A stretch of DNA of 64,000 bases, taken from IMG/VR virus record IMGVR_UViG_3300030106_006393, positions 1 to 64,000 of that record; one strand, 5' to 3'. Positions 19,097 through 28,880 of the stretch are shown piece by piece. This DNA comes from an uncultured virus (IMG/VR IMGVR_UViG_3300030106_006393) (Duplodnaviria; Heunggongvirae; Uroviricota; Caudoviricetes). Made by a program: the position numbers and the translations under genes. The notes beneath the pieces are model-generated. The model worked only from the letters and a program-made list of their open reading frames with translations, did not search any database and had not been told where the DNA came from. Position 1 is the stretch's first letter, and each line of letters begins with the position of its first letter.

Positions 19097-20363
19097 GGAA
19101 AAGGACGTAGGAAGAAAGGAAGCGATGCGCCTAGGTGTATCTACAGCAGACCTGTTCATACCTCATGATTATCAGACGCCAATACCCTTTCAGGCATCAA
19201 ACATCGAGAATGTGGACTCGGCAATGTTTGACTATATCAAAAAGTTAAATATAAGTACGACTACTCATCGTGGTTTTGAGCCTGTTTCGCTCGTTTGGGT
19301 CTCTCCAGAAAGAAGTCTGGCTGCAAAGAGGGAACTACATTTTCGAGACAATTCTGGTGCTCTTATTCTGCCCATAGTTGCTGTTGAGCGCACAGGTATA
19401 GTGAAGGACCTGAACAAGAAGGGTGCGGTTTGGGCAAATATCGTCCCACACTTTGATGAAAAGGGCGGATCAATAAGGATTGCAAGAAGAATAAAGCAAG
19501 ACAAAACATCAAATTTTGTAAATGCCCGAACAAAGAAGAAAAGGGGCCAAATTAACTTTCCTGGCCAATACAAAGACAAGGTAGTGTATGAGACCCTGAC
19601 TATACCTCAGCCGGTATATGTCGAGATGACATACAAGATAACAATCAGGACAGAATATCAGCAGCAAATGAACGATATAATAACTCCCTTTATTACAACC
19701 CCCGGGGGAGTCAATTATATTCTGGTGTCTCGCCATGGCCACCGATATGAGGGCTTTATTCAGCAGGACTTCTCTCACAACAACAACTATACCTCTTTTT
19801 CAAAAGAGGAGAGAAGATTAGAAACAACGATAGACATAAAAATACTTGCCTATTTAATAGGAGAGGGTCCTAACGCAGCACAACCGACTTATTCTATAAG
19901 AGAGAATGCTGTGGATATCAAAATGCCCAGAGAAAGGCTTGTTTTTAGTGAATCTCCGGAGCATGAGCACGGTAGATTTTATGGCCTCGCAGGCGTCGTC
20001 AGATTAATAGACAAAGGCGAAGCAGATTTTCAGGTAAGTCCGTTTGTGTTTGACAGAGGAGCAGAAAGCTCGGGAGGAGGCGGTGGCGGAACCACCACCT
20101 CAGTAGCAGTGGCAGGATCAATTACAACTACCAATTATACTCCAAATGGGGAGTTTCAGCAAACGGGCGACGGAAGCAGGACAACGTTTACAGTTTCAGA
20201 AGCCTTCGTTATAGGCACCCAGCAAGTATTTAGGGACGGTGTCTTGATGTCTCCCGGAGAAGACAACGACTATACTGTGACAGACAATCGGACGATAGAA
20301 TTTAATGATGAAGAACCGCCAAGAGCAGATGAAAATCTGCATATAAGTTACGTTAAGGCGTAA
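19089..20363 (+). CDS. gp15-like protein, copy 2, with Gly linker and C-terminal beta module
   Basis: Clear paralog of 18224..19096 (IARRIKQDKTSNF, RTEYQQQMND); extra VFRDGVL...DY domain. Confidence 0.72.
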   Translation: MIREKDVGRKEAMRLGVSTADLFIPHDYQTPIPFQASNIENVDSAMFDYIKKLNISTTTHRGFEPVSLVWVSPERSLAAKRELHFRDNSGALILPIVAVERTGIVKDLNKKGAVWANIVPHFDEKGGSIRIARRIKQDKTSNFVNARTKKKRGQINFPGQYKDKVVYETLTIPQPVYVEMTYKITIRTEYQQQMNDIITPFITTPGGVNYILVSRHGHRYEGFIQQDFSHNNNYTSFSKEERRLETTIDIKILAYLIGEGPNAAQPTYSIRENAVDIKMPRERLVFSESPEHEHGRFYGLAGVVRLIDKGEADFQVSPFVFDRGAESSGGGGGGTTTSVAVAGSITTTNYTPNGEFQQTGDGSRTTFTVSEAFVIGTQQVFRDGVLMSPGEDNDYTVTDNRTIEFNDEEPPRADENLHISYVKA

Positions 20364-20415
20364 TTTTAAAAAATAAATATCTATTTATATTTAGCAACAG
20401 AAAAGGAGATAGCTA

Positions 20416-20904
20416 ATGGCTGCTTTAGATAAACTAATTGATTTGTTGGAGCAAATAAAAGAAACAGACCCGTCTTTCACCAAAAAGGCTGGTAAGGCAC
20501 TGAACGCACTTATTGGTGATGACGAGGAAGAAACTATAGAGGTATCAGAGGAGGACATAGAAGCCGAGGCCCCAGAGCCTCCCCCGATCCCGGAGCCAGA
20601 AGAGGAAGAGCAGCCTGTAGAGAAAGTCTACCCGGATGTTGTTGAAGTAAAGGGAGCCCACCTAAAAGAAATTCAGGACGAGCAAAAAGCAATAGCTCAG
20701 AAAATATCAGAATTAGGACTTTTGCTGCAAAATTACGAATCAGATAAAGAAAGACTATTAGAGTATATCGAGCAAAAGCAGAAATATCTAGTTGAGTACA
20801 TCTCAAAGCTTAGGGAAGTGTACGATCTCGATCCTAGCAAGGAGTATGCTATAAATTTCCCCCAAAAAGAGGGTGAAAAAGCGACATTTACAAAGACAGA
20901 CTAA
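20416..20904 (+). CDS. Acidic coiled-coil hypothetical protein
   Basis: AAGGAG SD; TCTATTTAT motif at 20380. Confidence 0.65.
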   Translation: MAALDKLIDLLEQIKETDPSFTKKAGKALNALIGDDEEETIEVSEEDIEAEAPEPPPIPEPEEEEQPVEKVYPDVVEVKGAHLKEIQDEQKAIAQKISELGLLLQNYESDKERLLEYIEQKQKYLVEYISKLREVYDLDPSKEYAINFPQKEGEKATFTKTD

Positions 20905-21034
20905 GTCTTGTCTGTGGTCTTGCGTAAATCTTACGATCTTGATAATCATGATCAATATTTAAAAAAATGACCCGGCCGAAAACAGTCACGCGGACCTATA
21001 TATTATATAATACTAAAAAGGGAGAGTCAAGAAG

Positions 21035-21271
21035 TTGAGTGAAGAAAGCAAAGAAAACCAAACATACGTGACATCAGATATCGGCATAGCCGCTTATCTT
21101 CAGATGTTTGATGTTAAGTTATTAAAGTGCCACCGTCTCCCTGGCGGAAGATTTCATTTCGAATTTGACAATCCAGAAGAGTGTAAGAAAAGATCAATAG
21201 AGTTTTTGAGTTCAGAATTTTGTAGATTCGATAACAATGTTAGGAATCTCAAAAAGTTGTTATTTTCTTAA
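21035..21271 (+). CDS. Small DUF5659-like protein
   Basis: TSDIGIAAYL...FHFEF pattern; TTG start with GGGAGAG SD. Confidence 0.55.
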   Translation: MSEESKENQTYVTSDIGIAAYLQMFDVKLLKCHRLPGGRFHFEFDNPEECKKRSIEFLSSEFCRFDNNVRNLKKLLFS

Positions 21272-21377
21272 TCGTTCCAGTAAGCCCCAATTTATAATAT
21301 TTTCTTTTAAACCTGTTCTGGTTTACTTTTAATTTCAAGCAGTTAATATTCCATCTAACAATGAGGAGGTACAGCTT

Positions 21378-24300
21378 ATGGCTGCAGCAACCGGAACGGT
21401 CGTTATCTCATCCGCAGGAGGAGATTTTGATTCGGCCGATTATCCCAGGTTTGTGTTAGGAGATGGTACTAATACTTTAACTTTTGTTTTAGATAAGGAT
21501 GCGACAAGGCTTCAAACTAGATATGATGGAGAATATGCAACAGCATATACTGCTTCTAGTCAGTTGCCTTTTGAGGACTCTCAGAGAGGTCGCCTAGCAG
21601 TTCCAACGTATGACCTTGGCAGCGCAACAAAGGGATCGATTTCGATCATCGCGTCTGACGCCGGCAATGCAAGTACATTTTGGAATAACACACTAGGTAA
21701 CAAATCTGACAACTCTGGTCTCAGGGACATCACCGCTCGCCCTCACTGGGTACTAAGAGATGCTGATGGCAATGAAATCAAGGTTGGCTTTGGTACTTCA
21801 AACGCAACCTCCCTTACCAACAACAATGCAGTATTGCTCGCGAAGTACGGTTCCACCGGGTCGCCAAGATACTGGTTGTATAGGGAAAATTCAAGTAGTA
21901 GAAACTACTTTATCAGAGTCGTCAATAATGGTAATAACAGTTGGAAGCTCCATCAGGCACTTTTCGGAGCTTTCAAGTACGCGTATAGAACTGGTCAAAC
22001 CAATGTGGATGTTCAGGGTATCGGTCAAACCGGAAACCTGATGTCAGCATCTGTTGGTAATGACACTTATACCAGTGCACAGCTGTTTGGTCTTTTGCTA
22101 TCGTATGAGACTGCTGGTGCTAAAGGCAATGCTTGTAGTTTGATATTTAATGATCCTCAAGCAGTGGCTGCGTCGGCTAGTACGAGACAGCAGGCGATTT
22201 CTTGGGGTTATGATGAGTATGCCGCTTCAAATGTCATGAACATTGCTAGGCACTCTGATCCGCAAGAAGACGCAAACAGTCCTCAATATTGGGCGACAAA
22301 CTTGACCAATGAGGTCTATTTTAAGGGTGGCACCAAAGCTGGAACCGGAGCAGCTCTTAGCACGGCAGATATTGCCGAAGCGCTAAAAGACATGGTTAAC
22401 GGCTCTAGACTAGGTATTACTGCCGCTCGCTCAGACAGTACAGTTAATTTAACTAATGATACAGACGGTGATGTTGGTAACGTAACAATAACAACAACAA
22501 ATGAAGGCTCCCTATTTTCCGTTTCAGGTATGTCGAATGCCGGAGGAGGAGGGGGCAATGGAGGTACATCAATTATGGCTAGAACAAGGATTGGATCAAA
22601 ACTCATCGCCATCGGCGGGTTAACCAAAGACAATGTTAGTTCAGGTTCAATAGAAGTTAAGCACCTAAGTTTTGGTGACTTGGGTGCAGGCGATTTCGTT
22701 ACAGATCTGCAAGATGCAGATACTTTGGCGCTTTCGTCATCCCGTGGGGCATCTGCGGGTATGCGTGGTCTCACGCTGGGAGCACTTAAGAGTTTCATCT
22801 CTGCTTCCCAACTTACAAACATTACCGCATCTGGTGATGTTTTAATCGGTGATGGAACCGGCGACTCTCTTAATGTCACCGCTCGCATCATCTCAAGCCT
22901 TATTCCAAAGACTGATGGCTTGAATGACTTGGGTAGCAATGCCCTTGCATGGAATACTGTTTTTGCAGAGTCTGGATCTTTCAGTGACAATGTTGGCATT
23001 GGAAATAATCTAACTGTTTCGGATACAGTTTCGGCTGCTACCGTTTCTGGTTCTGCATCTACTTTTCACGACCTTGCTGCTGATGATCTAACTGTTGGTG
23101 GCATTGTCGCCTCTAGTATCACAGCTTCAAATGGCGTTCTACTTGGTAGCTCAAATGCTGACGACTTGGGATTCTTGGGTGGCCAGATCACCGATCTCGT
23201 CCCACAGAACGACAACAAGGTTGCCCTTGGTTCTGCAACCAAGAGATACTCACTTATTAGTGCTATGTCGGCTTCTGTCGCTGGTGCAGTTGGCGTTGTT
23301 GGTACTGTAACTGCGGGCGGTGTTACTTCCGGTGGAACCATTTCTGGTTCTATTGTAAGTGCAGCAACCCTTAACGTTGGTACGAAAGCAACAATGGTAC
23401 ATGCTGATATTAATGACTCCTTGGAAGTTGCAGGTTATGCAGGCTTTGCAGGCGGTGTCGCTATCTCTGGTACTTTGTCACTAGCAGGTACGGCGGTTAC
23501 CTCAACTGCTGCAGAAATTAACTTACTTGACGGTTCCGCCGCAAATACTGTCGTTGGCAGTGTTGCAGCAATTTATGGCACCACGGGTCAGTTGACTGCA
23601 TCTGCGATGACAGTAGGTGGAACCATTTCTGGTTCAACTGGTAACTTCGAAGACCTTACAGCAGACAATGTCACTCTCGGTGGTCTTACGGTTAATAGTT
23701 TGACTGCTTCAAATGGAGTGATGATTGGTACTGCAGTCACCGATGACGTGTCTTTCTTGGGTGGTCTTATTACAGACCTTGTCCCACAGAACGACAGCAA
23801 GGTTGACTTGGGTACTTCTTCGAAGCAGTTCGCTGAAGCACACATTGATACTGGTAATATTGATACAGTTGTTGCAACTGCACTTACTGCATCACATGCT
23901 AGAATCACAAACTTGGATGTTGACACTATCGTGTCAAGAACCGTTACCAAGGACTCTTTGGAGATTAAGGATAACTTGATCATCGCAGGTGTTTCTGGTT
24001 CGGTTGCAGGTGATTTCGTCGGTGCTGGTTTCCAGCTCGGTGGCAAGGTTGGTGTCTCTGGCACTGGTTCTGCACCGCTTATGTCGATGACACTAGGAAA
24101 TAGATCGTTGACTGGTGACTCTTTGATTGTTAACGTTGACGGACAAGCAGGCGCAAGCTTCATGTCTGGTGGCGTTACAATGGGAGTCCTAGGAACCCCT
24201 GGTATGCGCTTTGGCGTTACAGGTTCTATTTCTGGTTCTTTGGTCCAGGCTAAGAGAATCGAAGCAGGACACCTTGCATTGAGAGGTGCACTTACTTCGA

Positions 24301-25514
24301 CAAATCTTTCGGGTGCCACAGTTAATGCGCACGACATCACAGCAGATGATGCGGTATTTGGTGGTTTGACACTTAGCAGCATTACAGCGTCTAACGGCGT
24401 GTTGCTTGGTTCGTCTAACGCCGACGATCTTGCTTTCTTGGGTGGTCAGATTACAGATCTTGTACCGCAGAATGATAACAAGGTCGCACTTGGTTCTGCA
24501 ACCAAGAGATACAGCCTTGTCAGTGCAATGTCAGCGTCTATCGCAGGAGCTGTCGGCATTGTCGGAACTGCTACTGTTGGTGCTTTGACATCTGCAGGAA
24601 CCATTTCTGGCTCTACAGCTACTGTACACGACCTCACTGCTGAAGATGTTACTGCAGGTGGTATTTCCGCCTCTAGTATCACTGCTTCAAACGGTGTGTT
24701 GCTTGGTTCATCTAATGCTGATGATCTGGGATTCTTGGGCGGTCAGATTACTGACTTGGTTCCACAGAATGACAACAAAGTCGCTCTTGGTTCTGCAGCT
24801 AAGAGATACTCACTGATTAGCGCAATGTCTGCATCTATTGCGGGTGCTGTTGGCATCGTCGGAACTGCTACTGTTGGAGCTTTGTCTTCTGCAGGTGCCA
24901 TCACTTGTACTGGACCCAGTTCTGCTATCTCCGGCGCGATGGGTCAGTTCAACCGAATTGACATCAACCGCTTGATTGGTAAGGGAGTTGTCACGCAGGA
25001 CAATCTACAGACTGGTTCTGTTTTGACTGCTGCAATTCTCGATGCTAACGTTACAACCGCTAAGCTTGCTGCAAATTCAGTTACCAAAGCTAAGTTGAAC
25101 GATGACATCATCCAGAACAACAGCGATGCCCACGGTGGTCTCGTTATTAGTTCTGGTCGTTTGAGCGTTGGATTCAGAAAGGACGTCTTTGTACGCTCTG
25201 ACGGATCTAACATCAGTGGTACTGTGCCTACGCACGGTATGTTTGCTACTAAGGCTGTTCCGACGCCTTATACCACAGCATCACTTGGCGCACAGCCAGT
25301 TTCGGGTACCATTATGGTTTACTTGAACGGTATTTTGCTCCACGGTGACCATCACCAGATCTCAGACGCCGGCCGTAACATTGGTAGTTCCGACTATCAC
25401 ATGTTGACTGCTTCTGCTAACGCTTATAAGATTCTTCTTAATGAGGATCTTGCGTTGGACAGCGATGATATCTTGACGGTTACTTATCTCTCAGGTTCAG
25501 GCGGAAGCTGGTAA
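21378..25514 (+). CDS. Large repeat-containing fibre/structural protein
   Basis: 1378 aa, Gly/Ser/Ala/Thr-rich, repeated LVPQNDNKVALGSATKRY units, VTTAKLA repeats, C-terminal VYLNG module. Confidence 0.75.
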   Translation: MAAATGTVVISSAGGDFDSADYPRFVLGDGTNTLTFVLDKDATRLQTRYDGEYATAYTASSQLPFEDSQRGRLAVPTYDLGSATKGSISIIASDAGNASTFWNNTLGNKSDNSGLRDITARPHWVLRDADGNEIKVGFGTSNATSLTNNNAVLLAKYGSTGSPRYWLYRENSSSRNYFIRVVNNGNNSWKLHQALFGAFKYAYRTGQTNVDVQGIGQTGNLMSASVGNDTYTSAQLFGLLLSYETAGAKGNACSLIFNDPQAVAASASTRQQAISWGYDEYAASNVMNIARHSDPQEDANSPQYWATNLTNEVYFKGGTKAGTGAALSTADIAEALKDMVNGSRLGITAARSDSTVNLTNDTDGDVGNVTITTTNEGSLFSVSGMSNAGGGGGNGGTSIMARTRIGSKLIAIGGLTKDNVSSGSIEVKHLSFGDLGAGDFVTDLQDADTLALSSSRGASAGMRGLTLGALKSFISASQLTNITASGDVLIGDGTGDSLNVTARIISSLIPKTDGLNDLGSNALAWNTVFAESGSFSDNVGIGNNLTVSDTVSAATVSGSASTFHDLAADDLTVGGIVASSITASNGVLLGSSNADDLGFLGGQITDLVPQNDNKVALGSATKRYSLISAMSASVAGAVGVVGTVTAGGVTSGGTISGSIVSAATLNVGTKATMVHADINDSLEVAGYAGFAGGVAISGTLSLAGTAVTSTAAEINLLDGSAANTVVGSVAAIYGTTGQLTASAMTVGGTISGSTGNFEDLTADNVTLGGLTVNSLTASNGVMIGTAVTDDVSFLGGLITDLVPQNDSKVDLGTSSKQFAEAHIDTGNIDTVVATALTASHARITNLDVDTIVSRTVTKDSLEIKDNLIIAGVSGSVAGDFVGAGFQLGGKVGVSGTGSAPLMSMTLGNRSLTGDSLIVNVDGQAGASFMSGGVTMGVLGTPGMRFGVTGSISGSLVQAKRIEAGHLALRGALTSTNLSGATVNAHDITADDAVFGGLTLSSITASNGVLLGSSNADDLAFLGGQITDLVPQNDNKVALGSATKRYSLVSAMSASIAGAVGIVGTATVGALTSAGTISGSTATVHDLTAEDVTAGGISASSITASNGVLLGSSNADDLGFLGGQITDLVPQNDNKVALGSAAKRYSLISAMSASIAGAVGIVGTATVGALSSAGAITCTGPSSAISGAMGQFNRIDINRLIGKGVVTQDNLQTGSVLTAAILDANVTTAKLAANSVTKAKLNDDIIQNNSDAHGGLVISSGRLSVGFRKDVFVRSDGSNISGTVPTHGMFATKAVPTPYTTASLGAQPVSGTIMVYLNGILLHGDHHQISDAGRNIGSSDYHMLTASANAYKILLNEDLALDSDDILTVTYLSGSGGSW
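23098..24900 (+). repeat. Four ~70-90 aa internal repeats in the fibre gene
   Basis: SITASNGVLLGSSNADDLGFLGGQITDLVPQNDNKVALGS at ~23100, ~23680 (diverged), ~24360, ~24660. Confidence 0.9.
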
Positions 25515-25544
25515 TCCGAGAATAGATATTGTGATGATATCTTG

Positions 25545-25572
25545 GAGGGGCCTTCGGGCCCCTCTTTTTTTG
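25545..25572 (+). terminator. Rho-independent terminator with UUCG tetraloop
   Basis: GAGGGGCC-TTCG-GGCCCCTC then T tract. Confidence 0.92.
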
Positions 25573-25627
25573 TGTCTATATAGTGTTGTTTAAAGATTTA
25601 TTTCCAATACCTTTTGGATTCTTAAAG

Positions 25628-25636
25628 ACTATTTAT
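25628..25636 (+). promoter_or_regulatory. Putative late promoter ACTATTTAT
   Basis: Motif before the sheath gene. Confidence 0.6.
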
Positions 25637-25702
25637 TTAAGTAAGAAGTATAAAGATCGCACGATTCTTTTATAAATTAATCGCTTTAAGGAGAAACAAA
25701 AT

Positions 25703-28700
25703 ATGTCCGTTGATTCATTTAAGTTCGTCTCGCCAGGAGTCTTTGTTAACGAGATCGATAACACAGGAAGACCAGATGCCGATGCAGGCGCGAGAGGACC
25801 AGCTATTATTGGCCGATTGGAAAGAGGCCCAGGAAACCGACCCGTCACCGTTGAGAGTTTCAGCGAGTTTATCGAGATCTTCGGTAATCCCATCCCCGGT
25901 GGAAGGGGAGGTGATGTTTGGAGAGAGGGCAACTACCTTGCTCCAACTTACGCGGCCTATGCTGCGCAAGCTTATCTAAGAAACTCTTCACCGATAACCG
26001 TAGTCAGAGTTTTGGGTGAAGCACACCCAGACGCAGTATCCGGTGGTGAAGCTGGTTGGAAGGTAGATAATTCACACGCAGCAAACACGGATGTAACTCC
26101 AGTCGACAACGGCGGCGCATTCGGACTATTCTTGTTTTCTTCGGGCTCACATCAGATCGACCAGCAGGGAGCATTCCTGGGTGATTCACACCCCGTTGTC
26201 CGAAGAGGTCGAGCTAGAGCAACTGGTTCATTGGCAGCGGTTTGGTACTTTGATGAAGGCGCAATAGAGCTTTCAGGAGCGCTGCATGACGGAATACGAG
26301 CTGGTTATCTGGACAAGGCCGGCCTCGGCACAGGCCGGACGGCGTTGGCCGGAAACGGTATCGCCCTTAAGTCGAGCAATATCGCGACAATGGAATTCAC
26401 AGCAGTTCTCTTTGACGCCTCGAATGTTGGTAAAAAGGTTTCCTTCAACTTCGATAGAAGTTCCGACAAGTACATAAGAAAAGTTTTTAATACAAATCCG
26501 ACCCTGTGTGGTGCCACAACGGCCATCTCCAACACAAGCGGATATTGGCTCGGTGAAACCTTCGACAGGCATGCAAGAGACCTACACAGTAGTGGAACTC
26601 TGCACCAGGGTAACCTTGCAGCAGATCCTTCCTTGTATGGTGTTATCGTTGGTCTGGATGGTACAACAAACTGGGGATCAAACCAGATAAGCACTCAGCC
26701 TGCAAAGACTGGTTGGTTCTTCGGCCAGGACCTTTCAAGCAACACAACAAAGTTTGATGCTGCAAAGCAGCAAAAGCTCTTCAGAATAACTGCACTGGAC
26801 GACGGCGCATGGGCTTCTAGAAATATCAAGGTTTCAATTTCAGACCTTAGAGCACCCACCGAGGTTGATCCTTATGGGTCGTTCACCGTAACTCTTCGTC
26901 ACGTAAGAGACCACGACGGTGCAATAAAGACTTTGGAGAAGTTTGCAAACTGTAATCTTAATCCTAATTCTAGAAACTATGTCGGAATTAAGATTGGTGA
27001 TATGTATCAGGAGTGGAGCGATACCGAAAAGCGTTTCAGAATGTATGGACAGTATCCAAATAATTCAAGATTCGTAAGAGTTGAGGTTAACTCTGACGTT
27101 GAAGAGGGTATTACGGATCCGGCACTTCTTCCTTTCGGTTTTTATGGACCTCCAAGATACAAGAAGATTGACCTATCCGGTCAGGCGGTCGGTAAGATAA
27201 CTGGATCTACGGTTCACGCGTCTAGTACCAGTGACGGTGGAGTCGGAATTGGCGACGTAGAGAGCGCCTTGGCTACCGGATCTGTTTTCTTGTCTGGTAG
27301 TAATAACGGTGTCATGTCGGGCTCGGTTGGTGCTTCGCCATTTAAGACAACAGCAATATTCGCTGCTGTTCACCCATCCGCCAGCGTTATTGCCGGTATC
27401 CCAGCAGATGCTAGTAAGCCACACCCACGAGCGACGGTCCTTTTTCCTTCGCTTCCTTTGAGGGTTTCGAGTTCGGACGACAGTTTGCGCTTTGACAAGA
27501 TGGCTCACTTTGGTATCACTACCACGAGATCACCGTCTAGCAAGAGGTTTGAAGAATCTTATTGGGACATTGTTGCTGGCGGTAAAGGCATTGCTGCTGA
27601 CGCTTGGGACGCAGCCTCTAACACAGAGTATTCTTTCATATTTACTCTTGACGATCTTGTTGCTACCAATGCTGCAGCTACTTCGGTTAGAAAGGCACAC
27701 TACGCGTCCGGCTCTAGAAAGGCTGGAACATCGTATACAGCACTTAGAAGCGGATACACCGACTTGATTAAGAGTGGATTTACTAAGTTTACTTCTCCAA
27801 TGTATGGCGGATTTGACGGCCTAGACATCAAGGAGAGAGAGCCCTTTGGTCACCATATTCTCGGTGCTTCTGGACTCACCTTGAAGAGTAATTATGCAGC
27901 AAACTCACTCAAGCTCGCGATAGACGCTGTCGCAGAGCCAGAGGTTGTGGACATTAACGCAATGGTAGTCCCGGGTGTTAGAGTCCCTCTAATCACTGAT
28001 CACATGCTTACTGTTTGTGAAGACAGAGGAGACGCTCTGGCAATCATCGACGTCGAAAATAACGGCTACCAGCCTTCGACTGAGACTACTGACTCTTTCA
28101 AGACAAGAATAACAAACAACAACGTAACTGACTGTGTAAACAACCTCAAGACAAGAGGACTTAACACCAGTTATGGTTGTGCGTACTTCCCTTGGGTTAA
28201 GATTCAGGATGAGATCGCAGAACAGCAGGTTTGGGTACCACCTTCAGTCGTGGCACTTGGAACATTTGCAAACACTGAGCGTAATCACTCACTCTGGTTT
28301 GCTCCTGCAGGGTTCACTCGCGGAGGCCTCTCTAATGGAGCTGCAGGTCTTCCAGTTCTGGGAGTTTCACAGAGACTTTCCGCTCAGGATAGAGATGAGC
28401 TTTATGAGCACAGCATCAACCCGATCGCACAGTTCCCTGCAGAGGGCATTGTGATCTTCGGGCAAAAGACGCTTATGGCAACGCCATCCGCTCTTGACAG
28501 AATCAATGTTAGAAGACTTATGATTTACGTCAAGAAGGAGATTTCGAGAACTGCTTCCGTACTGCTCTTCGATCAGAACGTACAGTCGACATGGAATCGC
28601 TTCAAGGGTCAGATCGAGCCGTTCTTGGCTTCGCTCAAGGCTAGATTGGGATTGGATGACTTTAAGGTTGTTCTTGACGCTTCTACTACGACTGCTGATC

Positions 28701-28813
28701 TTATTGATAGAAACATCATGTATGCGAAGGTTTTCTTGAAGCCAACAAAGGCTCTAGAGTTCATCGCTATTGATTTTATCGTCACGAACAATGGCGCGGC
28801 TTTTGAAGATTAA
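25703..28813 (+). CDS. Contractile tail sheath protein (gp18-like)
   Basis: FVSPGVFVNEID, WFAPAGFTRG, INPIAQFP, FGQKTL, ALDRINVRRL, EFIAIDF. Confidence 0.96.
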   Translation: MSVDSFKFVSPGVFVNEIDNTGRPDADAGARGPAIIGRLERGPGNRPVTVESFSEFIEIFGNPIPGGRGGDVWREGNYLAPTYAAYAAQAYLRNSSPITVVRVLGEAHPDAVSGGEAGWKVDNSHAANTDVTPVDNGGAFGLFLFSSGSHQIDQQGAFLGDSHPVVRRGRARATGSLAAVWYFDEGAIELSGALHDGIRAGYLDKAGLGTGRTALAGNGIALKSSNIATMEFTAVLFDASNVGKKVSFNFDRSSDKYIRKVFNTNPTLCGATTAISNTSGYWLGETFDRHARDLHSSGTLHQGNLAADPSLYGVIVGLDGTTNWGSNQISTQPAKTGWFFGQDLSSNTTKFDAAKQQKLFRITALDDGAWASRNIKVSISDLRAPTEVDPYGSFTVTLRHVRDHDGAIKTLEKFANCNLNPNSRNYVGIKIGDMYQEWSDTEKRFRMYGQYPNNSRFVRVEVNSDVEEGITDPALLPFGFYGPPRYKKIDLSGQAVGKITGSTVHASSTSDGGVGIGDVESALATGSVFLSGSNNGVMSGSVGASPFKTTAIFAAVHPSASVIAGIPADASKPHPRATVLFPSLPLRVSSSDDSLRFDKMAHFGITTTRSPSSKRFEESYWDIVAGGKGIAADAWDAASNTEYSFIFTLDDLVATNAAATSVRKAHYASGSRKAGTSYTALRSGYTDLIKSGFTKFTSPMYGGFDGLDIKEREPFGHHILGASGLTLKSNYAANSLKLAIDAVAEPEVVDINAMVVPGVRVPLITDHMLTVCEDRGDALAIIDVENNGYQPSTETTDSFKTRITNNNVTDCVNNLKTRGLNTSYGCAYFPWVKIQDEIAEQQVWVPPSVVALGTFANTERNHSLWFAPAGFTRGGLSNGAAGLPVLGVSQRLSAQDRDELYEHSINPIAQFPAEGIVIFGQKTLMATPSALDRINVRRLMIYVKKEISRTASVLLFDQNVQSTWNRFKGQIEPFLASLKARLGLDDFKVVLDASTTTADLIDRNIMYAKVFLKPTKALEFIAIDFIVTNNGAAFED

Positions 28814-28880
28814 AATAAATAAAACAGTTGTCACAACTAATTAAAGTTGTGACACTAACTTTTTAGGAGGAATTTACAAT

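Noticed and set aside
20905..21034. Possible ncRNA or tRNA in the intergenic region with TCTTG repeats
   Set aside because: Only short weak hairpins and no cloverleaf; no tRNA recognised anywhere in the window by eye.
23098..24900. DGR template/variable repeat pair or CRISPR array
   Set aside because: Differences are synonymous and not adenine-specific; no reverse transcriptase and no repeat-spacer pattern seen.
22316..25213. Antisense ORFs over the fibre gene
   Set aside because: Mirror of repetitive Gly/Ser/Thr codons; no independent coding evidence.
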